Both the position numbers and the translations under genes were made by a program. A DNA stretch of 36,800 nt. It comes from a virus. The notes beneath the pieces were generated by a model. The model saw only the letters and a program-made list of their open reading frames with translations. It was not told the origin of the DNA and made no database searches. Where the stretch lies: IMG/VR virus record IMGVR_UViG_3300045596_000160, positions 1 through 36,800 of that record, one strand, 5' to 3'. Below, one piece after another: positions 14,025 through 22,282 of this stretch; the first letter of the stretch is position 1; each line of letters opens with the position of its first letter.

Positions 14025-14114
14025 GCTAACACCTGCTTTTATACAGAAAACTATAGGCCTGATAACTAGGCATTCTACAGCACTGAGTCTTGCACTATTT
14101 TCTTCTTCTAACGC

Positions 14115-14144
14115 AAAAAAGCCCCCCCGGCCTAAGCCGAGGGG
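14115..14144 (-). terminator. Strong rho-independent terminator closing the late/lysis operon
   Basis: Minus strand: CCCCTCGGC TTAG GCCGGGGGG (9-bp stem including one G-U pair) followed by CTTTTTTGCG. Confidence 0.7.
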
Positions 14145-14150
14145 TTATCT

Positions 14151-14339
14151 CTACTCGATTGTCCCACCGCCGAGGTATACCCGGCAGACATGTGCCACGT
14201 TATCCCACTCCATCCGGACGGCTCCGACGTGCGTGTAGCACCACTCCTTGAGTGTCCGCTTGCTGCGGAAGTCGAAGATCCCCGCCGGGCCGTCGTCGAT
14301 GCCGTGGTCATAGATCTTGAGCGTCCATGTGTCGGACAT
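14151..14339 (-). CDS. Hypothetical 62-aa protein at the end of the lysis cassette
   Basis: Internal ATG (MSDTWTLKIYDHG...) begins 2 nt after the endolysin stop. The longer track ORF would overlap the endolysin. Confidence 0.45.
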   Translation of the reverse strand: MSDTWTLKIYDHGIDDGPAGIFDFRSKRTLKEWCYTHVGAVRMEWDNVAHVCRVYLGGGTIE

Positions 14340-14341
14340 GG

Positions 14342-15484
14342 CTAGGCCTGCTCGGTCCATGAAAGGCATACATAGCGGGTATGACCCGAGTATGACGTGT
14401 ACTTGCCCCATGGGCGGCCACCTACCCATACCACCGAGTCTATGTGCACGGTAGATCCTGTGCTGTAGGTGCCAACGCGAGAGTATTCTGTTCCAGCACC
14501 GGTGCGAATATTTGTCGCTGATGTAAAGCGGTAGGTTCCAGCACTGTATGTATCTGATGTAATAGACGTAGATGTAGTATCAGCCTTGACGAGATAGTCA
14601 TCCGATGCTGCAGCTCCTGTCGCACGCCCAACGCAGACGTAGCGGACCTTGCCGCTGTATGCTGTGTACTTGCCCCAGATATAGCCGTCTAGCTTGATAC
14701 AGTAACTATCAAGGTTGACTGTCTGCCCCTTGGTGTACTGTCCGACAATGTCGCCGCCTGGAGAATCTCTGATGTTAAGAGCGTCTACAGTACAGGTATA
14801 GGTCCCTCCATCAAAGCTAAGGGTTGTACCAGACCCCCCATTGGTGTACTCAGTTGCGGGGGCCTCTACTGTATCATCGCCTGACTCAGAAGTAGAGTCG
14901 CTATCATCAGTTGAGCTTCCGAGCTTAGCCGATACATCCGAGACAAACTCGCTCCAACTTTTACCATATGTCTCAAAATATCCATCGGGGTCAGTATGAT
15001 CAGATCCTCCCCAGCGCTCAGATGCCATATGATGCGAGATCATACGATCGATGCCCCAATCATGAGACGTTAAGAAGTCGGCTGCCCACTGAGTAGCCTC
15101 TTCCCATTGGGCATCGAAGTCTTCCTGGTTCGTAGCATAGCAGAGCTCGATGCCAACTACATAACTGTTACCATAACCTACCTGCCACGCCTTGCGATCC
15201 TCTTCCATCGCTTGATAGACCACTGAGCCGTCAATGTCCATCGTATAGTGCACGACGTAGGGGGTGTTTCCAGATGCCCAGTAATCCATGAGGTTACGAG
15301 CAGTGGCTCCGTAGTCATCAGTGTCGTGTATCACAAGATAGCTTGCATCAAGTGAACCATGTCCGGTAGAAATGATCTCCTTAACACTGGTATACGCAAG
15401 TGCTGGTACAGGCGCTCCCCCCATAAAAGCGGCGCCAAGCATAAGTCCAGCACCGATAGCCGCAATTTTTTTGTGTTTAGTCAT
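14342..15484 (-). CDS. Endolysin: N-terminal signal/SAR-like peptide, Amidase_2 (N-acetylmuramoyl-L-alanine amidase) domain, two SH3b-like repeats
   Basis: N-terminus: MTKHKKIAAIGAGLMLGAAFMGGAPVPALA. Amidase: LVIHDTDD...AWQVGYGNSYVVGIELC...ISHHMASERWGGSDHTDPDGYF. Two C-terminal repeats: ..NIRDSPGGDIVGQYTKGQTV...WGKYTAYSGKVRYVCVG and ..NIRTGAGTEYSRVGTYSTGSTV...WGKYTSYSGHTRYVCLS. Confidence 0.85.
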   Translation of the reverse strand: MTKHKKIAAIGAGLMLGAAFMGGAPVPALAYTSVKEIISTGHGSLDASYLVIHDTDDYGATARNLMDYWASGNTPYVVHYTMDIDGSVVYQAMEEDRKAWQVGYGNSYVVGIELCYATNQEDFDAQWEEATQWAADFLTSHDWGIDRMISHHMASERWGGSDHTDPDGYFETYGKSWSEFVSDVSAKLGSSTDDSDSTSESGDDTVEAPATEYTNGGSGTTLSFDGGTYTCTVDALNIRDSPGGDIVGQYTKGQTVNLDSYCIKLDGYIWGKYTAYSGKVRYVCVGRATGAAASDDYLVKADTTSTSITSDTYSAGTYRFTSATNIRTGAGTEYSRVGTYSTGSTVHIDSVVWVGGRPWGKYTSYSGHTRYVCLSWTEQA

Positions 15485-15813
15485 TAGGCCGCCTTTTCCG
15501 TGGTCTCGGTGGTGGTCTTGGAGACACTCACATGCAGGGCCGACAGAGCATCCAGCACCTTGGACTTAACTCCAATTGCGACAAAGCAGAGATAGGCCGT
15601 CTGGCAGCCGCCGACAAAGGTCACAGATACCGGGACGATATCGGTGATAGCAAGCCCGGACTGCACGACGTAGGCAGCTCCGACAATAAAGCTGATAGCA
15701 ACCGCGATCCACTCTTTAGTGCGTGAGCTCCAACTCTCGTTTTGCAGCAATGCGATGACAAATGGGAGCACGATTGAGGTAACAACAAGCGAGATGCCGT
15801 AGGTAATAGTCAT
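15484..15813 (-). CDS. Holin-like membrane protein (about 3 TM helices)
   Basis: Start set to the MTITYGISLVVTSIVLPFVIALL ATG at 15813, which has a GAAAGGA SD. Further hydrophobic segments: WIAVAISFIVGAAYVV and VSVTFVGGCQTAYLCFVAIG. Lies directly upstream of the endolysin. Confidence 0.65.
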   Translation of the reverse strand: MTITYGISLVVTSIVLPFVIALLQNESWSSRTKEWIAVAISFIVGAAYVVQSGLAITDIVPVSVTFVGGCQTAYLCFVAIGVKSKVLDALSALHVSVSKTTTETTEKAA

Positions 15814-15835
15814 ATAAATTGTCCTTTCAATTTGT

Positions 15836-16129
15836 TTACTTGTCGCCAAGATGCTGGTCGCATCGAGTCTCAACGCGCGAGAGTCTGCCGTCGAGTCCGT
15901 CGACCCTGGCGGTGAGTGTCGATAGCTGTTGGGAGTGCTGGTCTTGGGAGACATTGAGGTCTTTTAGGTCGCCTTTGACTTCTTTTACATCCGCGCTGAT
16001 ATCTTCGAGCTGGTCTTTTAGCTCTTGCGACTCAGTCGTATGGGCGTCCCGGCGCTGCAGATAGGAGACGGACACCGTTACGATCGAGGCCGTGACGCCC
16101 AGGAGCGCGATTACCTGATCAAAGCTCAT
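15836..16129 (-). CDS. Membrane protein with an N-terminal TM helix and a coiled coil (XhlA-like / holin accessory)
   Basis: Start at the MSFDQVIALLGVTASIVTVSVSYL ATG (16129), preceded by GAGGGGGTGATT. Coiled-coil tail: QELKDQLEDISADVKEVKGDLKDLN. Confidence 0.5.
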   Translation of the reverse strand: MSFDQVIALLGVTASIVTVSVSYLQRRDAHTTESQELKDQLEDISADVKEVKGDLKDLNVSQDQHSQQLSTLTARVDGLDGRLSRVETRCDQHLGDK

Positions 16130-16150
16130 AATCACCCCCTCTCGAGTCAT

Positions 16151-16172
16151 AAAAAAAGCCCCTCGCGGGGCT
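16151..16172 (-). terminator. Rho-independent terminator between the fibre genes and the lysis cassette
   Basis: Minus strand: AGCCCC GCGA GGGGCT followed by TTTTTTT. Confidence 0.6.
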
Positions 16173-16194
16173 GGTAAAATGGATGTAAAAATTA

Positions 16195-16638
16195 TTATCC
16201 TGCAACAAACGCTATGTTTCCCGAGTACGACGCTGTGGTGGACGATGCCGTAGCCCAGATCACGCCACTGGTGTTGATCCAGTTAAGGCGGAAGTTGTTA
16301 GAGTTGTCCATCGTGACAAAATTGATAATTTTCGCTGGGCGACACCCTGAAGGCAAAGTGCCAACAGCGACTGTTCCAGTAGTCCCAGGCACTAACGCTG
16401 TTATCACAACCGATACAATACCTGCTTTTTTTATATAACTTACGTAATCATTAAGTTTGACATACCCTGAGCTATCTAGGTCATCTTTTATAGTAGCAAT
16501 GTCTGTCGTATTGCTATTTATCTGCGCCGTTGCGTTGCTGATCCCACTTTCGATGTTGTTGAGCCTTTCGGCATTGATCGGGGTAGCACCGTCTTCGCCA
16601 TCTGCCCAAGTTGTGGATGTGTAGTCTAGAGTTGCCAT
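16195..16638 (-). CDS. Tail fibre / receptor-binding-associated protein
   Basis: 147 aa. The N-terminus (TWADGEDGATPINAERLNNIESGISNATAQINSNTTDI) is a motif I associate with prophage fibre proteins. Confidence 0.55.
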   Translation of the reverse strand: MATLDYTSTTWADGEDGATPINAERLNNIESGISNATAQINSNTTDIATIKDDLDSSGYVKLNDYVSYIKKAGIVSVVITALVPGTTGTVAVGTLPSGCRPAKIINFVTMDNSNNFRLNWINTSGVIWATASSTTASYSGNIAFVAG

Positions 16639-16658
16639 GTGTTATCTCCTGTCTGATA

Positions 16659-17102
16659 TTAAGCGGATGCCACTAGGTCTGATGCGAGCGTGTAGCTGTC
16701 CCATGCCCCTTGAGGCGCTGGATAAAGCGTCTCTGACGGGTAGGTCGTGTCCGACGGGTAGTGCGCATCGCCCACCTGTGTCGTATCCCATCTTTTTAGT
16801 GCTGTTACTTTTTTGTCTGCGGTATCTGCGACCATCCATAGCATGCCGTCGGTACGGCTGTCTATGGCGGGCTCGACGGCGGAAAAGACGATGCCGGTCT
16901 GCTCGGCTATCAATATCTCAGCCTTTTCCTCCCAGCTCTTTGCCGCAGCCTCAGATGCTTGCGCGCTTTTCGCTGATGATGCAGCGTCGTCCATGTGCGA
17001 CTCCGCCGTGTCTCGCATCTCTTCGACGTCGTTTCGCACGACTTCGATGTCTGCCGGGATGCCTACCGTGCGCTTATCGACCACTTGATCTGCCATATAC
17101 AC
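16659..17102 (-). CDS. Tail fibre-associated structural protein
   Basis: 147 aa. Ala/Ser-rich helical N-terminus (AASSAKSAQASEAAAKSWEEKAE). Shares the YPSDT.YPS.TLYP motif with 17479..18495. Confidence 0.5.
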   Translation of the reverse strand: MYMADQVVDKRTVGIPADIEVVRNDVEEMRDTAESHMDDAASSAKSAQASEAAAKSWEEKAEILIAEQTGIVFSAVEPAIDSRTDGMLWMVADTADKKVTALKRWDTTQVGDAHYPSDTTYPSETLYPAPQGAWDSYTLASDLVASA

Positions 17103-17105
17103 CTC

Positions 17106-17447
17106 CTATGCGAGTTGGTAATAGCCATTTCCTAAGATCTCGGTCGTGCTCCCGTCGGTGGCTGTGATCTTCCATGATCCGTTCATCATCGAGAGCCACT
17201 CCCTATCGGTAAAGGCAGTAGCCGGGATGGACGCCCATGCGTAGCCGTCCGACGTGCAGGTGCAGCTGAGGCTATAGACGACATCGCCGTCACAGCTCAT
17301 CTGAAAGGTGGCCTGCCAGTCTGAAAGGTCTTTGCCGGTGTATGTGTTTTCGTAGAGAGATTCTTGCCACAGCACCCCGATACGCTCATCGCTTCCACGG
17401 TGCAATAGGATGTCACCTCGACCGACAGCCTTGCTGATAGTCGACAT
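17106..17447 (-). CDS. Hypothetical structural protein
   Basis: Start at the MSTISKAVGRGD ATG (17447), which has an AAGGAGAGG SD. The longer track ORF would overlap the upstream gene. Confidence 0.5.
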   Translation of the reverse strand: MSTISKAVGRGDILLHRGSDERIGVLWQESLYENTYTGKDLSDWQATFQMSCDGDVVYSLSCTCTSDGYAWASIPATAFTDREWLSMMNGSWKITATDGSTTEILGNGYYQLA

Positions 17448-17478
17448 TGCCTCTCCTTGTGAGTTGTTGTTAGTTGGA

Positions 17479-18495
17479 TTAGGTGTTGAGGAGGTCGTAG
17501 AGCTTAGAAAGCTCGAAGGTCCCTTCCCGGCCGTCCCCATCAACTATGTAGATATACGGCCCTGTCATAATGATTCCGCGCTCGATGCCAGAGTCGTCTG
17601 AGCCTACATTTCCCGCGCCTATGCTGCAATCGGTACCGAGGAGCTGCACCCCTGCTGCTGAGTCGATCACGAAAGCAGATCCAAGAGCGTCCGATATCAA
17701 GTTTGCATATAAACTTGCCGTGCCGCCACACATTGTGATCTTCGCGGATGTGCTGTTTTTGCCGAGCTCGATGAGATCGGCTGCAATCGTCATTAGATCT
17801 GTCGTGCCATCGCGCAGAGCTATCATGGCTGCGGCGAGGAGCAGATTAAGCCCCGAATTAGGATTACCCTCGACAGTGCCAACGTGAGCCCCGTCGGTAT
17901 CTGAGCTGAAATAATTATTGATTGCCGTCGCAAGAGCTTGTGCGGTATCGGCGGTGGCCTGTGCGTTAGCAGTTGAAGCGCTCTTTACTTTCACCCATTC
18001 AGACCCATCGTAGCAATAGGTCGTACTGTATCCGACGCTGCCTGGATATGTGTCGTCCCCCGGATAAAGCGTGTCTGACGGGTAAGGCACGTACGTGTCG
18101 ATCCACGTGTCCCCCTCGGATGCATCCGTCGGGGCACTAGCTTGCTGGTATGTCTTTGTCTTGCTATCCGCGGTATCTTGAGCTTTTGAAGCTGCTGTTC
18201 CTGCCGCAACAGCTTTGTTATACGCAATTTTTGCCGCTTCATAGCTGGTTGAAAGGCTTACATCGGAGTAGTAAAAGGTACTATCCGAGAAGATCGTCTC
18301 ATCAGTAAAATACAAGCTGTTGGTGCTGCCTTCGGTATACGTAGGCTCAGTTGAGGTCCATGAGCTGCTTGGCGGGCTAGTCGTAGGCTTAGATGGTGTT
18401 GCAAGTGTTGAGGACTGCAGCAGGTAGTACCGAGTCGTGGAGGCAACATCATTGATCGAAGCAATCGTGATGGAGTTGGAAGCTTTAATGGCCAT
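17479..18495 (-). CDS. Tail fibre / minor structural protein
   Basis: 338 aa, Ser/Thr/Ala-rich. Contains the YPSDTLYPGDDTYPG motif. Position lies in the tail-tip module. Confidence 0.55.
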   Translation of the reverse strand: MAIKASNSITIASINDVASTTRYYLLQSSTLATPSKPTTSPPSSSWTSTEPTYTEGSTNSLYFTDETIFSDSTFYYSDVSLSTSYEAAKIAYNKAVAAGTAASKAQDTADSKTKTYQQASAPTDASEGDTWIDTYVPYPSDTLYPGDDTYPGSVGYSTTYCYDGSEWVKVKSASTANAQATADTAQALATAINNYFSSDTDGAHVGTVEGNPNSGLNLLLAAAMIALRDGTTDLMTIAADLIELGKNSTSAKITMCGGTASLYANLISDALGSAFVIDSAAGVQLLGTDCSIGAGNVGSDDSGIERGIIMTGPYIYIVDGDGREGTFELSKLYDLLNT

Positions 18496-18498
18496 AGG

Positions 18499-19857
18499 CT
18501 ATCCCTCCAACTGTGCGACATAGGTCGCCTTGTCCGTGACGTCCCCAGCGTCAATCGTCAAGGTTTGGCCAGTAGCGGCAGCCGTGGAAGACCCATCTTT
18601 GTACCATTTGATGGTCCCCAATGCAGTAAGTGCAGAGCCTGTCACCTCGGCGCCCGCTTGATAGACGTGAGCGGTCAGGGTTGTGGCAATGGAGCTGTTT
18701 TTAAAAATAACTCCGTTGCTTGATGTGACGACAAGGGTAAGAGCATCCGCTCCTGCCGCGCCTGTTGATCCCGTAGCGCCGGTTATTGACTTTGACCAGG
18801 CAAAGACGAAAGCAAATGCTTTACCGCTCGCAGTAACCGTTAAAGTGATTGACCCTGAAGAAGACCCGCCCAGGGTAGACCCAGAGGCAACTGAGAGAGT
18901 TAGTGATCCGTTTGCGGAGGTTGTGCCCGCCGTGTTCGTACCAGAAGTAATGCCCGAAGGTAGCGTTCCCACAGCGATAGTTGCTGCGATACGGCTAGTG
19001 CCTTGGTACGCCGTGAATGGGATAGTTATTGTAGTCGCCGCAGAAGTTGCTCCAGATTTATCACAGGCAATACTTACCGATTGATTACCAACGAAAGCAG
19101 TAATCGCAGAAGTTCCGGTGCTGCCCGTAGTTCCGGTGGCACCCGTCACGGCAGCAGTAATAGTCAATACCCTAGAGAATGTCAACGAGTTTACTGTGTA
19201 CGTTATGATCACCGAAATGCTGGATGACAAAGAGGTACCAGACGCAACAGAAAGAACTAGAGAGCCATCCGCAGAGGTCGTTGCCGCGGTGTTCGTAGAT
19301 ATAGTAACCCCCGTGGGCAGCGAGCTAATTGCTGCAGTAGCCGCTACACGACTTGTGCCAACGTAGCCGGCAAAGGGAATTGTTATAGTCTGAGCCGCAG
19401 TAAGTGCTTTCGAAGTATTCGTGGTAAGTGCAATGGTATCAAGACCAACAATAATATTCGTTGCGCCAGCTCCGGTTGATCCTGTTGCCCCCGTAGAACC
19501 AGTAAATGCGATAGCGAAGCTAAAGGTCTTTTCTATCGTGATGTCTGAGCCAATATGCACCGGGATTGTCACCGTTCCGGCAGAAGTAACGGACGTGTCT
19601 ACAGCAATCGTAAGCGTTGGCGCCGTACTGTCGCTGTCAGATGTCACGGTTACCCCGGTGGGAGCGGTCACCTCTGATAGCGTTACGGAGGCGGCCACTT
19701 GATCGGAGCCTTGCATTGCGATTACCTGCGTGGTGGTGCTGCCCGCCTTAGCTGCCGATGTGGTGCCGGGGAAGGTATGTGCCTCAGAGGTCAAGATGAC
19801 CGAATAAGCGTCAGTGACGTCTACGACATCAACTTGCCCTACTGCCTTTGTTGCCAT
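18499..19857 (-). CDS. Tail fibre with short collagen-like (Gly-X-Y) linkers separating repeated modules of about 120 aa
   Basis: 452 aa. Collagen-like linkers: GSTGATGSTGAGAT, TGATGTTGSTGTSA, TGATGSTGAAGADA. Repeated module: ..TITIPF.(A/T)Y.GTSR(V/I)AAT.A...LP.G(V/I)T..TNTA.TTSA.GSL.LSVASG.. AAGGAGAA SD. Confidence 0.65.
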   Translation of the reverse strand: MATKAVGQVDVVDVTDAYSVILTSEAHTFPGTTSAAKAGSTTTQVIAMQGSDQVAASVTLSEVTAPTGVTVTSDSDSTAPTLTIAVDTSVTSAGTVTIPVHIGSDITIEKTFSFAIAFTGSTGATGSTGAGATNIIVGLDTIALTTNTSKALTAAQTITIPFAGYVGTSRVAATAAISSLPTGVTISTNTAATTSADGSLVLSVASGTSLSSSISVIITYTVNSLTFSRVLTITAAVTGATGTTGSTGTSAITAFVGNQSVSIACDKSGATSAATTITIPFTAYQGTSRIAATIAVGTLPSGITSGTNTAGTTSANGSLTLSVASGSTLGGSSSGSITLTVTASGKAFAFVFAWSKSITGATGSTGAAGADALTLVVTSSNGVIFKNSSIATTLTAHVYQAGAEVTGSALTALGTIKWYKDGSSTAAATGQTLTIDAGDVTDKATYVAQLEG

Positions 19858-19879
19858 TTTTTCTCCTTGTCTATGGGTT

Positions 19880-20425
19880 TTAATCGACTACGACCGATGC
19901 CTCGAAGCTCGTCCTGTCGTTTACATCGTCAGGCGATACGGTGAGCGTGAAGCCATCATCTGTGAGTCGATCGTCACTTGTGAGGATCGTTTTCCATTCG
20001 TCTTCATCGTCACGACGCCACCTCCACTCGATATGAGCAGAGCTGCCGAAGGCGTCCGTAAGGGCCGTCTGGTCCTCGATCCTTGTCCCTCCCGGTTGGA
20101 AGACGATCACCATGAGTGCGGTCGAGATCGCCGAGTCCTTAAAGACCAGCCCATGCGTTGAGGTGATGGTGATCGTGGCAGCGTCCTTAGCAGTTGCCAC
20201 GGCGGTGTTTGCTGTATCGACGGCGCTATCTGCTGTTGACTGTGCGGTACTCGCTGTTGTAGAGGCCTTGTCTGCTGTGGACTGTGCCTCATCAGTCTTA
20301 GCCGTGGTCTGGTAGGTCTGCGTCTTTGATGCGGTAGTGGCCACCTCGGCGAGTCTGCGCTGCTTGCGTAGGGTGCGCCCTATCGCTGCTACATCATCGA
20401 AACTAGTAGGTTTGTACTTGCTCAC
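19880..20425 (-). CDS. Tail fibre / baseplate-associated protein
   Basis: 181 aa. Ala/Thr-rich helical part. The C-terminal module (ITITSTHGLVFKDSAISTALMVIVFQPGG...) resembles the C-terminus of 18499..19857 (LTLVVTSSNGVIFKNSSIATTLTAHVYQAG...). Confidence 0.55.
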   Translation of the reverse strand: MSKYKPTSFDDVAAIGRTLRKQRRLAEVATTASKTQTYQTTAKTDEAQSTADKASTTASTAQSTADSAVDTANTAVATAKDAATITITSTHGLVFKDSAISTALMVIVFQPGGTRIEDQTALTDAFGSSAHIEWRWRRDDEDEWKTILTSDDRLTDDGFTLTVSPDDVNDRTSFEASVVVD

Positions 20426-20432
20426 CTCGTGA

Positions 20433-21539
20433 TCACCCCCTCAGCCTGCACCCGAGCGTCTGCGTTGTATCTTTGGCTGCGCAGGACACGTCGGTCACCT
20501 TGAGCTCGAGCACATCGCTCTCATTGCTCCCATAGCGGACGTTTGCCCAATCGCCGACATGTACCTGCGAGGTCGCAGGGACAGTGAGTGCGACTGAGCC
20601 GGATGGGACGTCGCTTGCCGAAACGGTTGCCGTAGCGTAGGACTGCAGCGTCGAGAGCACCGAAACCGTGCTGTGCGAAGTGTCTGCCACTTGGAGCAGC
20701 GGCCAGCCCGCATCGGTGAGTGTGGCACCCACACTGTGAGCGATGAGTAGCGTATCATCGTCCTTGCCCCCAGTCATGTAGCAGGCTGAGGCCATGTCCG
20801 ATCCGTCTGCGTCCTGATCTCCGAGCACGACACCAGAGGCCGGCACGAGGGCGTTCCATACCCATGTGTTATCGACGATCTCTCCGCTGTCTGCGCTTGT
20901 GACCTGCTGGAAGCTGAGCACCCATGCGTCAGAGAGCTGCGGATCGAAACGCCACTCCGGCCCCGCGTCGAGATCCCCTATATCGCTTATTCGATCGGCG
21001 ACTGTGGCGAGGTCCCAACTATCCCATGTGCGGGTCTTATCTCCGCCTGTGGATGAGGCCGGCGTGATCGGGAGCGATCCCCACTTCTCTGTCTCTACAA
21101 TGAGGGCGCGAATGAGATCGGAGTAGCTACCGTCAGCCGTGAGCACCCAGTCTCCCGGCGGGTTATCGTCGTCGATCACCACGGTGCCATCTGTCCAGGA
21201 CGACGCGAGCGCATGGTTGAGCACAATCCGCTTGGTAAGTATCGTCGCCCCGCCACCGGCAGAGACGCTGTAGGTGCCGTCGCCCTTGTTGTAGGTCCAT
21301 TGCTTGATGTAGCCCGCGTGGCGCACGGCATTGTTCTCGTCGAGCACTGCGAGGATCGTGCCGTATGCTCTGAGGCATGAGCTAGGGTCTATGCTGCCAT
21401 CATCTACCACCGTGGCTGACATTGAGCCTACCTCATTGATGGATTCCGACCAGCTGAGCGCCGAAAAGTCGAGGCGGCGCACGTGGGCTCCCGTGAGGCC
21501 GTCGAAGGCATGCAGATAGTACGCCATAGCTACCGCCAC
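20433..21539 (-). CDS. Tail-tip protein (Tal-like / prophage tail endopeptidase-like)
   Basis: 368 aa, immediately after Dit in the canonical TMP-Dit-Tal order. No catalytic motif confirmed. Confidence 0.55.
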   Translation of the reverse strand: MAVAMAYYLHAFDGLTGAHVRRLDFSALSWSESINEVGSMSATVVDDGSIDPSSCLRAYGTILAVLDENNAVRHAGYIKQWTYNKGDGTYSVSAGGGATILTKRIVLNHALASSWTDGTVVIDDDNPPGDWVLTADGSYSDLIRALIVETEKWGSLPITPASSTGGDKTRTWDSWDLATVADRISDIGDLDAGPEWRFDPQLSDAWVLSFQQVTSADSGEIVDNTWVWNALVPASGVVLGDQDADGSDMASACYMTGGKDDDTLLIAHSVGATLTDAGWPLLQVADTSHSTVSVLSTLQSYATATVSASDVPSGSVALTVPATSQVHVGDWANVRYGSNESDVLELKVTDVSCAAKDTTQTLGCRLRG

Positions 21540-22270
21540 CCGTCGCGCGTGTAAAGTGTTGCATAGCCGTCAGTTGAGATCTTTACTTCATTGATGCCGG
21601 GCTGCAAAGCAAAGGCGTTGTCGATGCTCACAGTGCCGGAGCTTGGTACCATCTCAGCGAGGTCAAGCGTGAGCTCGTCGGCGTTGCCCGTCCACTTGAC
21701 GGTCTTGTCTGAGCAGGTGAGTGTGAGATAGGTTATCTGCTGCCCATACAGCTGTGTGACTTTGACTTTAGGGTAGCTCTCTACGTTTCCGTTATTACGG
21801 ACTTCGACGGTCCCTTCAAACGGGAATGAGTACGCGGACCACCTTCCGTATCGGTGGGGATCGGGACAGGTGATAATCAAGTCAAAGGTGGCCTTATCTT
21901 CATCGCCTAAGATCTGCGGGTCGGGATCGTCTGAGAGAAAGCCCGTCGCGATCCTAACCCCGTGAGCGTCTTCGGACTCTATGGTGAGCGTGTGCCCCAT
22001 GAGGCCGTTTATCTTGTCGACAGCCTGCGCAAGCTCAAGGGCCGAGTGAGCGCAAATAACACCCGAGAGCGTGACCACACGGTTCGGCTGCGTTATTGTC
22101 GCCGGCCAGAAGTCCCCGTCACGACCGACCGACTCCGCCACATCTTCGCGCGGGGCAGGCGAGCCGAACCAGTTTTTTATCGTAGAGCCGAGATACCAGC
22201 CCTTCTGATTAAGCCGTGCATCTCTGAGTACGATCCGGTTCCCGTCATCTGAGATGATCGTAAAACGCAT
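21530..22270 (-). CDS. Distal tail protein (Dit)
   Basis: 246 aa, immediately downstream of the tape measure. Size and position are typical of siphovirus Dit. Confidence 0.65.
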   Translation of the reverse strand: MRFTIISDDGNRIVLRDARLNQKGWYLGSTIKNWFGSPAPREDVAESVGRDGDFWPATITQPNRVVTLSGVICAHSALELAQAVDKINGLMGHTLTIESEDAHGVRIATGFLSDDPDPQILGDEDKATFDLIITCPDPHRYGRWSAYSFPFEGTVEVRNNGNVESYPKVKVTQLYGQQITYLTLTCSDKTVKWTGNADELTLDLAEMVPSSGTVSIDNAFALQPGINEVKISTDGYATLYTRDGWR

Positions 22271-22282
22271 ATGACCTCCTCT

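Noticed and set aside
3761-14150. Chimeric mis-assembly as the explanation for the GC mosaic
   Set aside because: Composition boundaries coincide with tightly coupled gene junctions, the circle closes, and the cargo sits in canonical moron positions. This still needs read-level confirmation, so it is only provisionally rejected.
16195-20425. A diversity-generating retroelement targeting the repeat-rich fibre genes
   Set aside because: No reverse transcriptase ORF exists anywhere in the genome, and there is no template/variable repeat pair with adenine-specific mismatches. The repeats are in-frame protein module duplications.
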